From positions 67,456,001 through 67,520,000 of the forward strand of contig NC_043003.1 of assembly GCF_006345805.1 (NCBI RefSeq): a stretch of 64,000 bases of DNA, read 5' to 3'. Under the pieces are notes generated by a model. It was not told the DNA's origin, searched no databases, and saw only the letters and a program-made list of their open reading frames with translations. The first letter of the stretch is position 1; every line of letters starts with the position of its first letter. Positions 36,667-48,683 of this stretch are shown here, piece after piece. The position numbers and the translations under genes were made by a program. The DNA is from Octopus sinensis (lineage: Eukaryota).

Positions 36667-36727
36667 GATCTAAACGGGAACGTGAAATTCTGAGTAACAG
36701 TTTTTGTGAATTTTTGCTGTTTTTTAA
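36625..36727. repeat. Inverted repeat at PLE 5' end with the 3' half of a hammerhead
   Basis: Arms 36625-36666 and 36681-36727; plus strand ACG-GGAA-CGT-GAAA-TTC-T-GAG-TA-ACAGTT. Confidence 0.75.
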
Positions 36728-38197
36728 TATATATACATATATATATATATAATTGTTTTTTTTTGTAAATATTCGTATTATTTTTTGTTTTTTTTTGTAT
36801 TTATATTCGTGTAACATCGTCCGTTTTTCTGTCCTTGTTTCGTATACATTCGATCCTTTTCCCAAGTTTTTCCTTGGGGCTGGCCAGATTTGAGCAATCT
36901 CAAGATTAATCCGCCGAAATTGCGAGGATGATCCGGTTCTTGATTGAAGATTAAAGGCTTCGAATGACCTGTCCGTGTTTTTTGCATCGTCTATTTGGAT
37001 GTTTTGCGTTCTTGTCCCATTTTGTATTATATATATATATATATATATATATATTAACTCAGAACTATATGCCAGCAATTTAGATGGGGATCTATATCGA
37101 TTACATTTACAACAGATTTGGACCAGTATTTATTTTATCGGTCTCCAATTGATGAAAGACTAAGTTGACTGCTTCGGAATTTGAAATCAGAACGTAAATA
37201 CGAACGAAATGATTCTGTTAGTGTGTAGCTAAAGACTCTGCCAGCTCGCCATTTTTAATAAAACATTAATGTAGCTACAATCGTTATTTCGGGAAGCGTC
37301 TGTGAATTTTGTATGAGATATAGCAATCATGGATCAGAGTTGAATTAGAATATTGTTATTTGTATTGTTCTTTTGTACCAGACAAGCCAACCTTTGTTTA
37401 GGTGACTTGCTGTCAATAAGACTGAAATGTTAGCCATCCTGTCTATTAGAATGTAACCAGTGCCTAAGCTTGCATTATGGGTGTTTCACTATTTCTAAGA
37501 TAGAAATGCCTCTTCTGTAGAAAACTTGTTTGCGATTTTCTTGCAGGTCAGCACAGGATGGTGTAAAGGTTCATTAATTTAGAGAACATAGCACTTCTCT
37601 GTTGACACAGAACCCGCTAGGCTTATCAGAGAAATATCTCCTAAATCTAGACACTACCGTATTAAAGGGAAAATAGTACATAGATAATTCCTTTGCAGCT
37701 ATTAAAAAATAAATCGAAGTCCAACAAACTGTGACCAACTCAAGACTTGGTTTATCAGGTATTTATATATGTTTTTTTTTTTTTGGTAAAATCTTATGGG
37801 GAAATTTGATGCAGATTTAATTACTATTTTTTAGCAGATCAAGCAAGCCTCTATACAAAGATTTCTGCTTCGGTTTGAAAATGTAAATATACTTAGTAAT
37901 TATTAACTTCGTCTTGTTTCCGTTGAAAGATTCAGAGACGAATTAAACGTGACAGAAACCGGCCAAGATAACGAAAACGCAATATCTCATACGTGCCATT
38001 CGTTCAATTAATGTTCCTCTTTGTATTCCTCAGTGGAAAAAAAGAAAGAAATTGGCGAATTATAAAATGCAATTTATTTTATCTACATCGACGTGCAGGG
38101 AGGTGACAGAAACCAGAACATATCAACGAAAACACCCTGCTGACGCACAAAAGGAAGACCAAACTAGGCCAGGTTGTCTGAGATACAATTTCTATAT

Positions 38198-38493
38198 TAA
38201 TATTGGTTTCGAATTTTGACACAAGGCCAACATTCCCGTAGGTGGAAGTGAGTTGATTACATCAACAATTGTAGCTGAATGATACTTATTTTCTCGACCC
38301 CGAAAGCATGAACGGTAAAGGCATCCTCGATGATATTTGAACTCAAAGCGGAAATACTGCCACCGTACAAATTTTACTATTTGTTTTAAATTTTGGCAAA
38401 AGTACAGCTATTTCAAGAGAGAGGTTATTTCGATTAAACCGACCCCAGTAAGCGACTTATACATATTTTATCGACTCAGAAACGATGAAAGGC
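38198..38493 (-). mobile_element. Two decayed SINE family B fragments
   Basis: GATTACATC...TCGACCCCGAAAG...ATTTGAACTC and CGACCCCAGT...TTTTATCGAC...GATGAAAGGC. Confidence 0.6.
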
Positions 38494-38724
38494 AGGTTGC
38501 GGGTTGGAACTGAGTCGTGACATAGATAAATAAAGAGAAGTTACGTAAATAAATTCTAGTCGATTACATCGACCCCAGTGTTCAACTAATACATATTTTA
38601 TCGACCCCGAAAGGATAAAAGGCAAAGTCGACCTCGGCGGAATTTGAACTCAGAACGAAAAGACGGATGGAATCGCTGCTAAGCTTTTAATCCGGAGTGC
38701 TAACGATTCTGCTATCTCGTTGCC
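38494..38724 (+). mobile_element. LINE 3' UTR + antisense SINE B composite, second copy
   Basis: Colinear with 5646-5877, including the junction and the diagnostic CAGTGTTCAACTA. Confidence 0.75.
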
Positions 38725-38751
38725 CGAATTATAATATCATGAAGTGAAATA

Positions 38752-38955
38752 AGGCGGCGATTTGGCAAGAGTGTTACCATAACAAGCAAAATGCTCAGTG
38801 GATTTTGTCCTTCTTTAAGACCTGAGTTCAAATTCCATCGAAGTGGAATTCGCAATTTATCCTTTCTGGATCAATAAAATAAGTACTTGTGGCGATGTAA
38901 TCGACCTACCCACTGCCTTGGAACTGCTGGTCTTGTGCCAAAATTTGAAACCAGA
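38752..38955 (+). mobile_element. SINE family B, diverged
   Basis: GGCGGCGATTTGGC...GAGTTCAAATTCC...CTTGTGCCAAAATTTGAAACC. Confidence 0.65.
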
Positions 38956-39178
38956 CGTCATAAAGTTTAATAGAACCAATAAAAACATATCTGTTTGTCC
39001 GTCTGTAGCGGCTGTCGGTAACATTATCTTAGATCCCAACGAGATCAGTGACTTTCCCAATATGTATAATATCCCAACGTGATGAATAACTTTTTTTTAA
39101 ATGCGTGTAGAACAGAACATTATCTTGTTTCTTTATACTTTTCGTTGTTATTGTTTTATTGCTGTTTATTCCCACTTG

Positions 39179-39348
39179 CATATACGATCTGAGTTCAAAT
39201 TCCGCCGACGTCGACTTCGCCATTCATCCTCTCGGGGTCGATAAATAAAGTACCAGTTATGAACTGGAGTCGATGTAATCGACCTATTCCCTTTGTATGT
39301 CCTTGTTTGTCCCTCTATGTTTAGCCCCTTGTGGGCAGTAAAGAAATA
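39179..39348 (+). mobile_element. 5'-truncated SINE family B with 12-bp TSD
   Basis: TATTCCCACTTG at 39167-39178 and 39349-39360. Confidence 0.85.
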
Positions 39349-40172
39349 TATTCCCACTTGAATGACCGAAGTGCTACCAACTATTAATCACACGGTGTTG
39401 TTTCATATTTACGACAATATTATCCAATACGACCTCCGTATTTTAAAAGAGGTAAGCGGTAATTTGATGGAAATGGTTAATGTTTCCAGGACGTCAACAG
39501 ATTAAGTAGAATCTGCTACGTTCGCTTTTCTTTCCACGGACGATAAATCATGCGCCAGCTTTAATATTATAGTTCAATTGAATTGATATTATCCCTGTGA
39601 ACAAATTTGTGGCCTTGAGACAATGTGAAAAATAGTGAATATGACAAACCATGAAATAACAAAAAGTCCATTAACTAACAGTCTAAACTTCATTTCATAT
39701 TCCCAGGAAACCTGGATTAAATATTCGTGAAGTGGAATTTTCTATTGTTTACAATTTTGGGGATTGATACCGTTCATTACCGCTGAACCGACTCTGATGA
39801 AGCAAAAGAGGAATCAAAAATATTTCAGCGTTAGCTATATGGATTTTCAAATCAGTTTTGTTATTCAATGCTAATTTGTTTAAGGTGGTGTGGTATGCTT
39901 TCGAGATTTCGTTGCTATGTCTATAGTAGTGTCAAATTTTATAATCGCGACATCACTTTCATTTTCCTATCTCAATACCAGCATAAATTATTGTTGTTGC
40001 TAAAATTGACGATTAGTCTAATACCTAATATTTTTATTTTAGTCTTACCAAAACTGATACCAATTACTCAAAAATGCTTGTCTACAATCTGCTGGTTTTC
40101 TTCTAATTACGTAAGTTCTGTACCATCCCGTACATGCAGCATATTCAAGTATGATAAATAAATATGTATTTA

Positions 40173-40576
40173 GGAGTGGCTGTGTGGTAAGTAGCTTGCT
40201 TAATAACTACATGGTTCCGGGCTCAGTGCAACTGCGTGGCACCTTGGGCAAGTGTCTTCTACTATAGCCTCGGGCCGACTAATGCCTTGTGAGTGGATTT
40301 GGTAGAGGGAAACTGAAAGAAGCCCGTCGTATATATGTATATATATGTATATATATGTTTGTGTGTGTCTGTGTTTGTCCCCCCAACATCGCTTGACAAC
40401 CAATGCTGGTGTGTTTACGTCCCCATAACTTAGCGGTTCGGCAAAAGAGAGCGATAGAATAAGTACTAGGCATACCAAAAATAAGTCCTGGGGTCGATTT
40501 GCTCGATTAAAGGTGGTGCTCCAGCATGGGCGCCGTCAAATGACTGAAACAAATAAAAGAGTAAAAGAGTAAAAGA
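40173..40576 (+). mobile_element. SINE family A, full length
   Basis: Complete match to the 27830 copy. Confidence 0.9.
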
Positions 40577-40768
40577 TATATATATATTTTCAAAATGTAA
40601 CCATATGTGAATCGTTGGCGATATTTTTCCGGAACTGAACGGAAGTTTTAGTAAGCGGTATCAGGCCACAGGTTTCTGTCGGGGTGTTTTCTGAATGCAA
40701 TGTCTTTGCGATTAAAAATTTCTAATAATTGCTTCAGATATGATAGTTCCAGGAACTTTCACTCCCTC

Positions 40769-40814
<46 letters not shown>

Positions 40815-41510
40815 TCTTTCTTTATATACACACACTATATACGTGCACATATACATACATGTGCTTAACGAGACAGAATTGTTTTGCACATTAGGAATCA
40901 GCGAACTGCGACGTTGACTCAATGTCTAAGTGTATAAGATTAATGATAACTGAAATGGAACGTTTTCATTCGGAACGGCGAGCGTTCAGTGATGTCGGTA
41001 AACATGAACGTTATTCTCCTTAGTAATATAGTAAAAATTTAAAACAAGTTTTCGGTTATTACGATGAAATAAGACATGTACATGTCTTCTAAATCTAAAA
41101 TAATTAAAGGTTTCTTTGAAAAATTTTATCTAAAAAAGTTTTACGTAATAAAAAAAAACAGAAAACAAAAGATGAGTAAAACGAATGAAACGGAAATATT
41201 AACTTTGAATTACGTGATATATGTTTTCAAAGAATAGCATTTAAGTTTTCGTTCTACGTCTCAAATCAATTTAATATATTTTAGTTTACTTTCTCACAAT
41301 GACGCACACCGCACAGATGTACACATAAACGCACCTATATGTGTGTGTGTGCGTGTGTGTGTGTGTACGGAGGTAAAGACAGTGATCTAAATCAAAAGCA
41401 ACAGAATGGGTAGTATGCTACGCCTGTTGACAGGCAATGAGTGAAGAAATGCTCACAGAGAAGATATATATATATATAATATATATATATTATATATATG
41501 TATATGTACA

Positions 41511-42245
41511 GTCAATAATAAAAGGGTAAAATTAATTAATTATTAATTAATAATTTTACCAAGTAGTGTTCAGTATGTAAAAAGACCATTTACGGTATAT
41601 GTAAAACATTACGTTATATGATTAGGGTTCAGTAAAAAAATTTACTTCACCACACACCGAACTTTTAGAAATAGCAGCCCAAAAATTTAGCTATTTCCTC
41701 TACTAAAAGAAAAGTCTCCCACACAATGTATACTCAAAAATAATTCACGTAGGTATAGAGGGAAAAACAACGAAAGATCACACGTACATCGATTACTTGA
41801 GAACGCCATTTCTGGATTAGTTAGATATAGAGATGCTAGAAATACATTTCCGTCATCAGCGAAATATTTCGTTAGGTTTAAATTTGAGAGCACTAAAAAT
41901 CGAACATACCCGTCTGATATGAGTAATCCCAGACAAATCATCTTCGACCGCCAGTACTAACGAATTCAAAAAGTACGAATGAGGCTTTGTATCCCGCCCC
42001 GTCCACCCACGCGAGTTATAGAGCAACAAATCCCTACAGAGGCTCTGTAGTTTATTATCAGGGAAAGATAATTATATTGTCAATAATAAAAGGGTAAAAC
42101 TAATTAATTATTAATTAATAATTTTACCAAGTAGTGTTCAGTATGCAAAAAGACCATTAACGGTATATTTAAAACATCACGTTATATAATCATTTTCTTA
42201 TAGTAGAGGAAATAGCTAAATTAAACCCTAATTATATAATGTAAT
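41511..42245. repeat. Family E direct repeat with an inverted 3' piece
   Basis: 41511-41620 is repeated at 42080-42188; 42195-42250 is the reverse complement of parts of 41605-41710. Confidence 0.8.
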
Positions 42246-42261
42246 GTTTATATATATGTAC

Positions 42262-42382
<121 letters not shown>

Positions 42383-43757
42383 ATGTACATATATGCATAC
42401 ATGTGGATGGAAACGTAAAAGACTTTTTATTCTTACCGAGCATTAAAGTAATACACATGCTTTCTACACCTATCTTCGTTATGTGATTTCTGTAAATTTA
42501 AATTAGGGATATAGTTCTGTGCCTATAGGCTCCTTTCTCTTTCTCACTTCTGCTCTCTCACTCGCTCACTCTGTCCTTCTCTCTTTCTCTCGCTCTCTCT
42601 CCCTCTGTGTGTATATATATATATATAATATATATATATATATTATTTATTTATATATACATATATATATATGAAATATATATAGGTGTTTGCATACTCA
42701 CACGCATATATATAGGTGTATTTGTGTGTGTTTATATGTGTGTGTGTGTATAGGTGTGCTTGCGTGTGTGTGTGTGATTTTGTGTGCGTCTATGTGTCTG
42801 TGCGTCCGTGTGTGTGTCGGAGATTTCGTGTATTATAAAAAACCAACACGGACAGTAATCTTCCTTACCTTTATTGTTGTACCTATTGGTTTTTTAAGAA
42901 TTTTAGTTGCAGGATTTAACAATTCTTTTATAAATTAGTATTCGTTTCATCATTTTTTATTAGCATCTAGAATATTGAAAAAAATCTAACTTAATTTTAT
43001 TCAATGTATATTTCCTGGTTATACCGATGGCTGACAGAACATGCTCGAATGTGATATACAAACATACATATATACATACATGCGCACAAGTACTCACACA
43101 CACACAGACACACATACACACACACACACATACACTCACGCACGCGCGCACACACACACATACACACACACATATATATATATACATATATCTATCTATA
43201 TGTATACTGAGTTATAAAACAGACGATACAAATTAATACATAAATTAATCAACATAGTAACCAACAATTGTTTCATGTCCCAAATGATAATGAAATTACA
43301 AAGCATATGTAAGCATACCTATGCATCTTAAATAACTTAGAAGGAAAATCATTTTGAAGAACTTATAAGGAAAATGTCCACTAATTTACTTATAAGGCAT
43401 TTAAAACGTAAAATTATATTTTTATATATGTTTTGTAATTTTAATATTATTTGAGAAATGACACAGATGTTGTTTCTTATGTTGACTAATTAATAAATTA
43501 ATTTGTATCCATTAGATCTCTCTTTTCTAACTTAATAAAAATGTCTGATATCTTACGATATTCTATATAATATATTTATTGAAGGATATTCTCTTCAAAA
43601 TATAACATATTAAGCCAAGGTATTGTGGATAAATACCCCTATAAGAGGTTTGAATATCACCATTGTAACTATATATACATAGATACATATATACACACAT
43701 ACATTCATGCATACATACATATATATGTATATATATATACATACATATATATGTATG

Positions 43758-43830
<73 letters not shown>

Positions 43831-45089
43831 TCGATACAAAGGCAAACAATTCACGGGAAAAACTAGTTGCATTGAATTAATATATAATGATTGATGTGAG
43901 TTAATTGTTGTTCATCAGTTCATTTTCTCTTTCCATTATATTTTGATTCTTAATAAACCTTTGATTTTCCTTGCGTTTAGTTATAACCCATGCCTGACCA
44001 TGATTAAATATAAGTACTATACCGTTAGTGGAATGGATAATTCTATACCTTAGATGGTTATTTTAACCTCTAACTGATCTAACCTATATATATATGAATA
44101 AATAAATAAATATATATATATATATAATTATATGTATGCATGTATATGTACATGTACATATACATACGTATATATATCTACACACATACATACATATATA
44201 TATGTATATAAATTTATGTATATATATATATATATATATACATATACAAGCATGTGTGTGTATGCATGTATGCATATGTAATGCATGTATATATCAGATA
44301 CCTATTATATGTATTAATATTTTCTTCTTGTCTCCCTGTAACTTGTCTTCGAGCATTTTCGTTTTTGGTATATACTTTTCTTTCTTGCTAATATTCAACA
44401 CATGGGAATCTCTCGGCTTTAATTTTCTCTTCCTGCTCAACATTGAAAGTTCTACTGCTTATTATACGTTTTCATCACTTTTATTGTGCTTCTAGTCCCT
44501 TTAACGCCGCCATTTTACTGCTACCAGCATTGTTTGGTTTCTTCTCCTTCATTTCCTTTTTCCTTCTTGGTGCATTTGTCGTCTCCTATCATTTTTCTCC
44601 CCTGTTACTAGAGTCATTTCAAGTACTCTTACTTCCACTCTCTCTGCCTTGTATTATTACCACCTCTCATTTCTCCCGTCCATCTCCAGCAGTCCTTTAT
44701 TCCTTGATATGTATTTTTAAAATATGCTTTAATTTAATCAAGTATTCAAATTTTGTGCAAGCCTGTTGAAATTACATTTACATCCGAATGCAGTTTTCCT
44801 TTTTATTAGTCCTTTGCACATTAATAAAACCATTATACACCTTAATGAGATATTTAAAAATTTTGATTTTGAATATAAATCGAACTGCCACGTACAGGAA
44901 TGGCAAAATTTGTTTCGCTACGATCATGCTTACGTGCAAAATTATATGGAAATAAAAACAATTCGGTGAGAGTGAGAGAAAAAGTAAAATAGACGTGTAG
45001 CAGAAAGAATATTCGACATACAAAGTTATGGTCGATGAAAAGAGACATTTATCCACTTAAATGCAATGCCAGCAAATTTTTGAGGTAAA

Positions 45090-45405
45090 AAATCTTGGTA
45101 CTCTGTGGGTTGGGACTACAGACATTCCAACTGGTCCGATCAGCGGAACAGCCCACTCGTGAAATTAATGTGCAAGGTGCTGAGCACTCCACAGTTATAC
45201 ATACGCTTAGCGTAGCCCTCATAAAGATTCGGTGTCACGCTTGAATGTGTCAATGCTGACTCTTTCAATTACAGGTACTGTTCATTTTTGTCAGCTGATT
45301 GGACTAGAGCAACGTAGAAGTAAGTTTCCTGCTCAAAAACACAATTCAACGCCTGCAGTCCAACTCGCGAAAATACGATCGTGTGTCGAATATACTAACC
45401 ACCAA
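45090..45405 (-). mobile_element. Decayed tRNA-headed SINE (further family)
   Basis: Minus strand TGGTTAGTATATTCGAC head, TTGAGCAGGAAACTT core, GTTGCTCTAGTCCAATCAGCTG; a related decayed piece lies near 21610-21730. Confidence 0.5.
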
Positions 45406-45479
45406 AGCACGTTCTAAGATTATCCGCTCCTGAATGGAAGAAAGTTGATGTCATGTACATAGCAAAATGACGCCATTCC

Positions 45480-45950
45480 TTCAATCAATATCAACGCTGT
45501 TACCAATATGAAACCAAGCGCGTAAATTCTTCAATATTCTCTTCTTTACATTAATGCTTAAAATGGATATTATTTTTGAATTTCACTAGAATGATCGAAT
45601 TCATAAAATCTCTGGCTTCCATGGTTTTCCATATCTTCCACTTCATGCGTCGAGGCAATTCTTCAATCGCTTGCATCTTTCATTAATTTGCAATTGGCAC
45701 CTCTGCTAAGATGCATTCATAAAATGTATGCTGCATTTAAAGAACAGAAAATCGTCTGAAAAATTTTACTGCTATATCTCCGTATATGCTTTTGCAAAAC
45801 TAAATCAGTAATGTTATAAATGCAAAAGGCCTTCATCAGTTGTGCATTCTTTCATCAGTAGTCATTTCTAGCCGTCGATACATACAGCAGAGACCACAAG
45901 ATGCAGTGTTCCTTTCTTAACCTTTTCAACTACGCATAAATACAACTGAT
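45480..45950 (-). pseudogene. Possible pogo/Tigger-like transposase C-terminal remnant
   Basis: Broken minus-strand fragments (SCGL, IDG, acidic tail ending RFYEF) loosely resemble CGI...DG.EDD and EF.GF; weak. Confidence 0.2.
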
Positions 45951-47029
45951 TTCAAGTAACACCGAATTTAAATGTAAGAATTATTCCTTTCAGACGAGGA
46001 GTAAATGCATAGGCAGTCATGATCTCACATTCGGAGCTTTCTATATACATACCCAAAAAGATGCTGAATTCGGTTATTAGTTACCATTACAGTACTTTCT
46101 TTGCTTTCTGATGCAATGACATGTCATTGTACGCATGTATTGTATGCATGCATATATATATATATATATATATGATCTTAAAGCTTATATGTGATCACTG
46201 TGTATTGACTAAAGAAATTGATCTAATATTGGGGCATATAAACCTCTCGGCGTTAAGACGAATGGTTTTCGTACGTATGAAACGCTCTGTTTTAGCGAGA
46301 AGTGGGTTACCATTACACCAACACACTTTTGGTTTCTTTCCATCAAATTTAAGGACTCTAATTAGTTCATGGAGTCGTTTTTGTGAACAAACCTTTTGTG
46401 CTTTTTCTGCAGAGGTTTTTGTTAAGCAGGGTTGATTTATACACTTTCAGTAAATAAAAGGCTTAAAGCTTATGAGCGATTACCATTTGTCTGTGTATGT
46501 GCGTCTCTGTGTGTGTATTGTGCGTTGTGTGTGTGTCTGTGTGCGTGTATGTTCGTGTGTGGGTATGTTTGTTTAAGTATATATGTATATAAGAAAACAA
46601 TGTCAAAAGAATGAACGATTGTCTTATGAACTTCATTGGCTTTTAGTTGGTTCCACTATAAAATGTGGAGACACCTATAAGATGTTGGTGGAATCATCTT
46701 ATAGTCCACCCACATCTTATAACATTTATATCAACAAATATGTTTACCCCACATACACAATGAAAAGAAAATTACTAAGAGAAATAATTTGGTAACACAT
46801 CTGACCATTATACTTCTCACCAAATGTCAACTATTCAACTTGCTTCGTAAAACACTTCTTTAACACCCCACCACCTCCCAACTCCACCCCAGTCAAGTAT
46901 CTTGTTTTCACCATTCATTATTTTATTTCAGTTCTTATTCATAAACACTCTTTCACTCCCACACTGATTAACAAAGCTCAATTCCACCCGAGACACACCC
47001 AAATCACATATATAGACTCACAAAGCCCC

Positions 47030-47140
47030 AAACCCTCTGATCTGTCTAACAACGAACGCGAGAAAGTTCTCCAGAAAAGAAAACAATGAATTTCTCCCTA
47101 AATCTCCCCACCCAGGTTAATAAAGAACTTACTAGATCTA
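47030..47140 (+). pseudogene. Possible PLE N-terminal remnant
   Basis: LSNNEREKVLQK / MNFSL.LP resembles the PLE LS..E..VL.KGLNF...P motif; frameshifted. Confidence 0.25.
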
Positions 47141-47283
47141 CGAACTAAAGTGTTAAATTTATATTTCTAAAAAATCAAAAATTAATAAATTAAACTGATT
47201 AGAACTACCAGTGACGTCATTCTTTTTCTTTTTTCAGATATCCCTAACTGAACCAAGGATCTCACATTTTCCAATATATGTAT

Positions 47284-47560
47284 TCTTTTAATTCTTTGAG
47301 ACATTTGACTGCAGCCATGCTGGAGCACCTCCTTTAGTTGAACGATTCGACCCCGGGACGTATCTTTGTAATCCTAGTACTTTTTCTATCATACCCCTTA
47401 ACCGAACCGCTAGGTTATGGGGACGTAAACTCACCAGGATCGGTTTCACGCGATGGTTGGATACAAACACATACACACACACACACATATGCGTGTGAGT
47501 TCAGTCCCGACTGAAACCGGAACCAGGTCGTCGGTAAGCGAGCTTCTTACCACACAGCCA
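47284..47560 (-). mobile_element. SINE family A with central deletion
   Basis: Tail and head present; the GGGCAAG-to-CCCGTCG segment is missing. Confidence 0.75.
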
Positions 47561-48631
47561 ATGCATGTACACATACACGTACGGAACATTTTAGCAATTA
47601 GCTAAGTTGATAGATAATTAGATACATAGGCAAACAAACGAAGAAATAAACAGATGTGTTTCACCATAAAGGTCCACAGCAAGTCAAAAATAGTATTCGA
47701 TTACAGAAGTTAGCGTAAAAGCTGTTGTTGTTCTGAAGGTGACAAATTTCTGATTGTTACTTTGTACTTCCCGTAATATTTCATCAAAGAGAAATGATGC
47801 TTTGAAGCAATAAAATTAGCTTAATTCCTCTTAAATTATGTGGTGAAGATTTGTTCACAAACAATAAAATTGATATTTAGAGCTGGTTGGAGAGGATCTA
47901 TGGTCATTTCAGAACTAATGAAATTGGGTGGGAGATATGATTAATCGGTGACGAAAAGCAACTTAAACTAAAATAACGTGTGGAATTCATTTCAACAAAA
48001 CGAAATGTCATACATTGTAGTAGGAAAATAGTTATATCTGCAGCCGAGGAAAATTCCAGGAAAGAAGTGTTTAGAACTGAAGAAACGCAGTCGTAGCAAA
48101 CCACATTAAAAATATAAGTAAAACTATAATGTAAGAACAGTAAAAAAGTTAGAAACGCTGGTTCAATAAATAATGAAATACTGAAATACATAAATTAAAT
48201 AAATAAACGATTTTGGTTGGAAATATACTTTGTTCAATAAAAAAGCTGAGATAATATGCAGGAGATATTAAAAATGAGATGATATATCTATTTTACAAAT
48301 GGAATCGTCTGTGTTGTTATTCAGTAACGATCAATCGTATTTTCTATAAAGTTTATAAGTCATAATTCCTTCGGTTATCCTTAAAAGTATTGCTTGATTA
48401 ATTGCCTACTAACCCCCAACAGCACCACTTAAATTCATTTAGAAGTATGGTATTCTTCCAAACATTCAGTCTACTTTCAGATAAGAAACTTGAAGTAATA
48501 ATTTTAATAACTCGCTTTTTTATATATATATATTACTGTACGTTCGGTAGCCGCGTAGACATTTCTCCACCTATATTTATATATACACACAACACACGCG
48601 TATACATTCATTCACGGACAAACACACACAG

Positions 48632-48683
<52 letters not shown>

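Noticed and set aside
36930-36975. CTTGATTGAAG...CTTCGAATGACCTGTC as hammerhead
   Set aside because: Core needs two insertions and lacks GAAA; no stem I.
39788-39830. CTGATGA at 39794
   Set aside because: No downstream stem II/GAAA/NUH arrangement.
41830-41860. Minus-strand CTGATGA-CG-GAAA
   Set aside because: No room for stem II; coincides with the ADD codons of the RT-like peptide.
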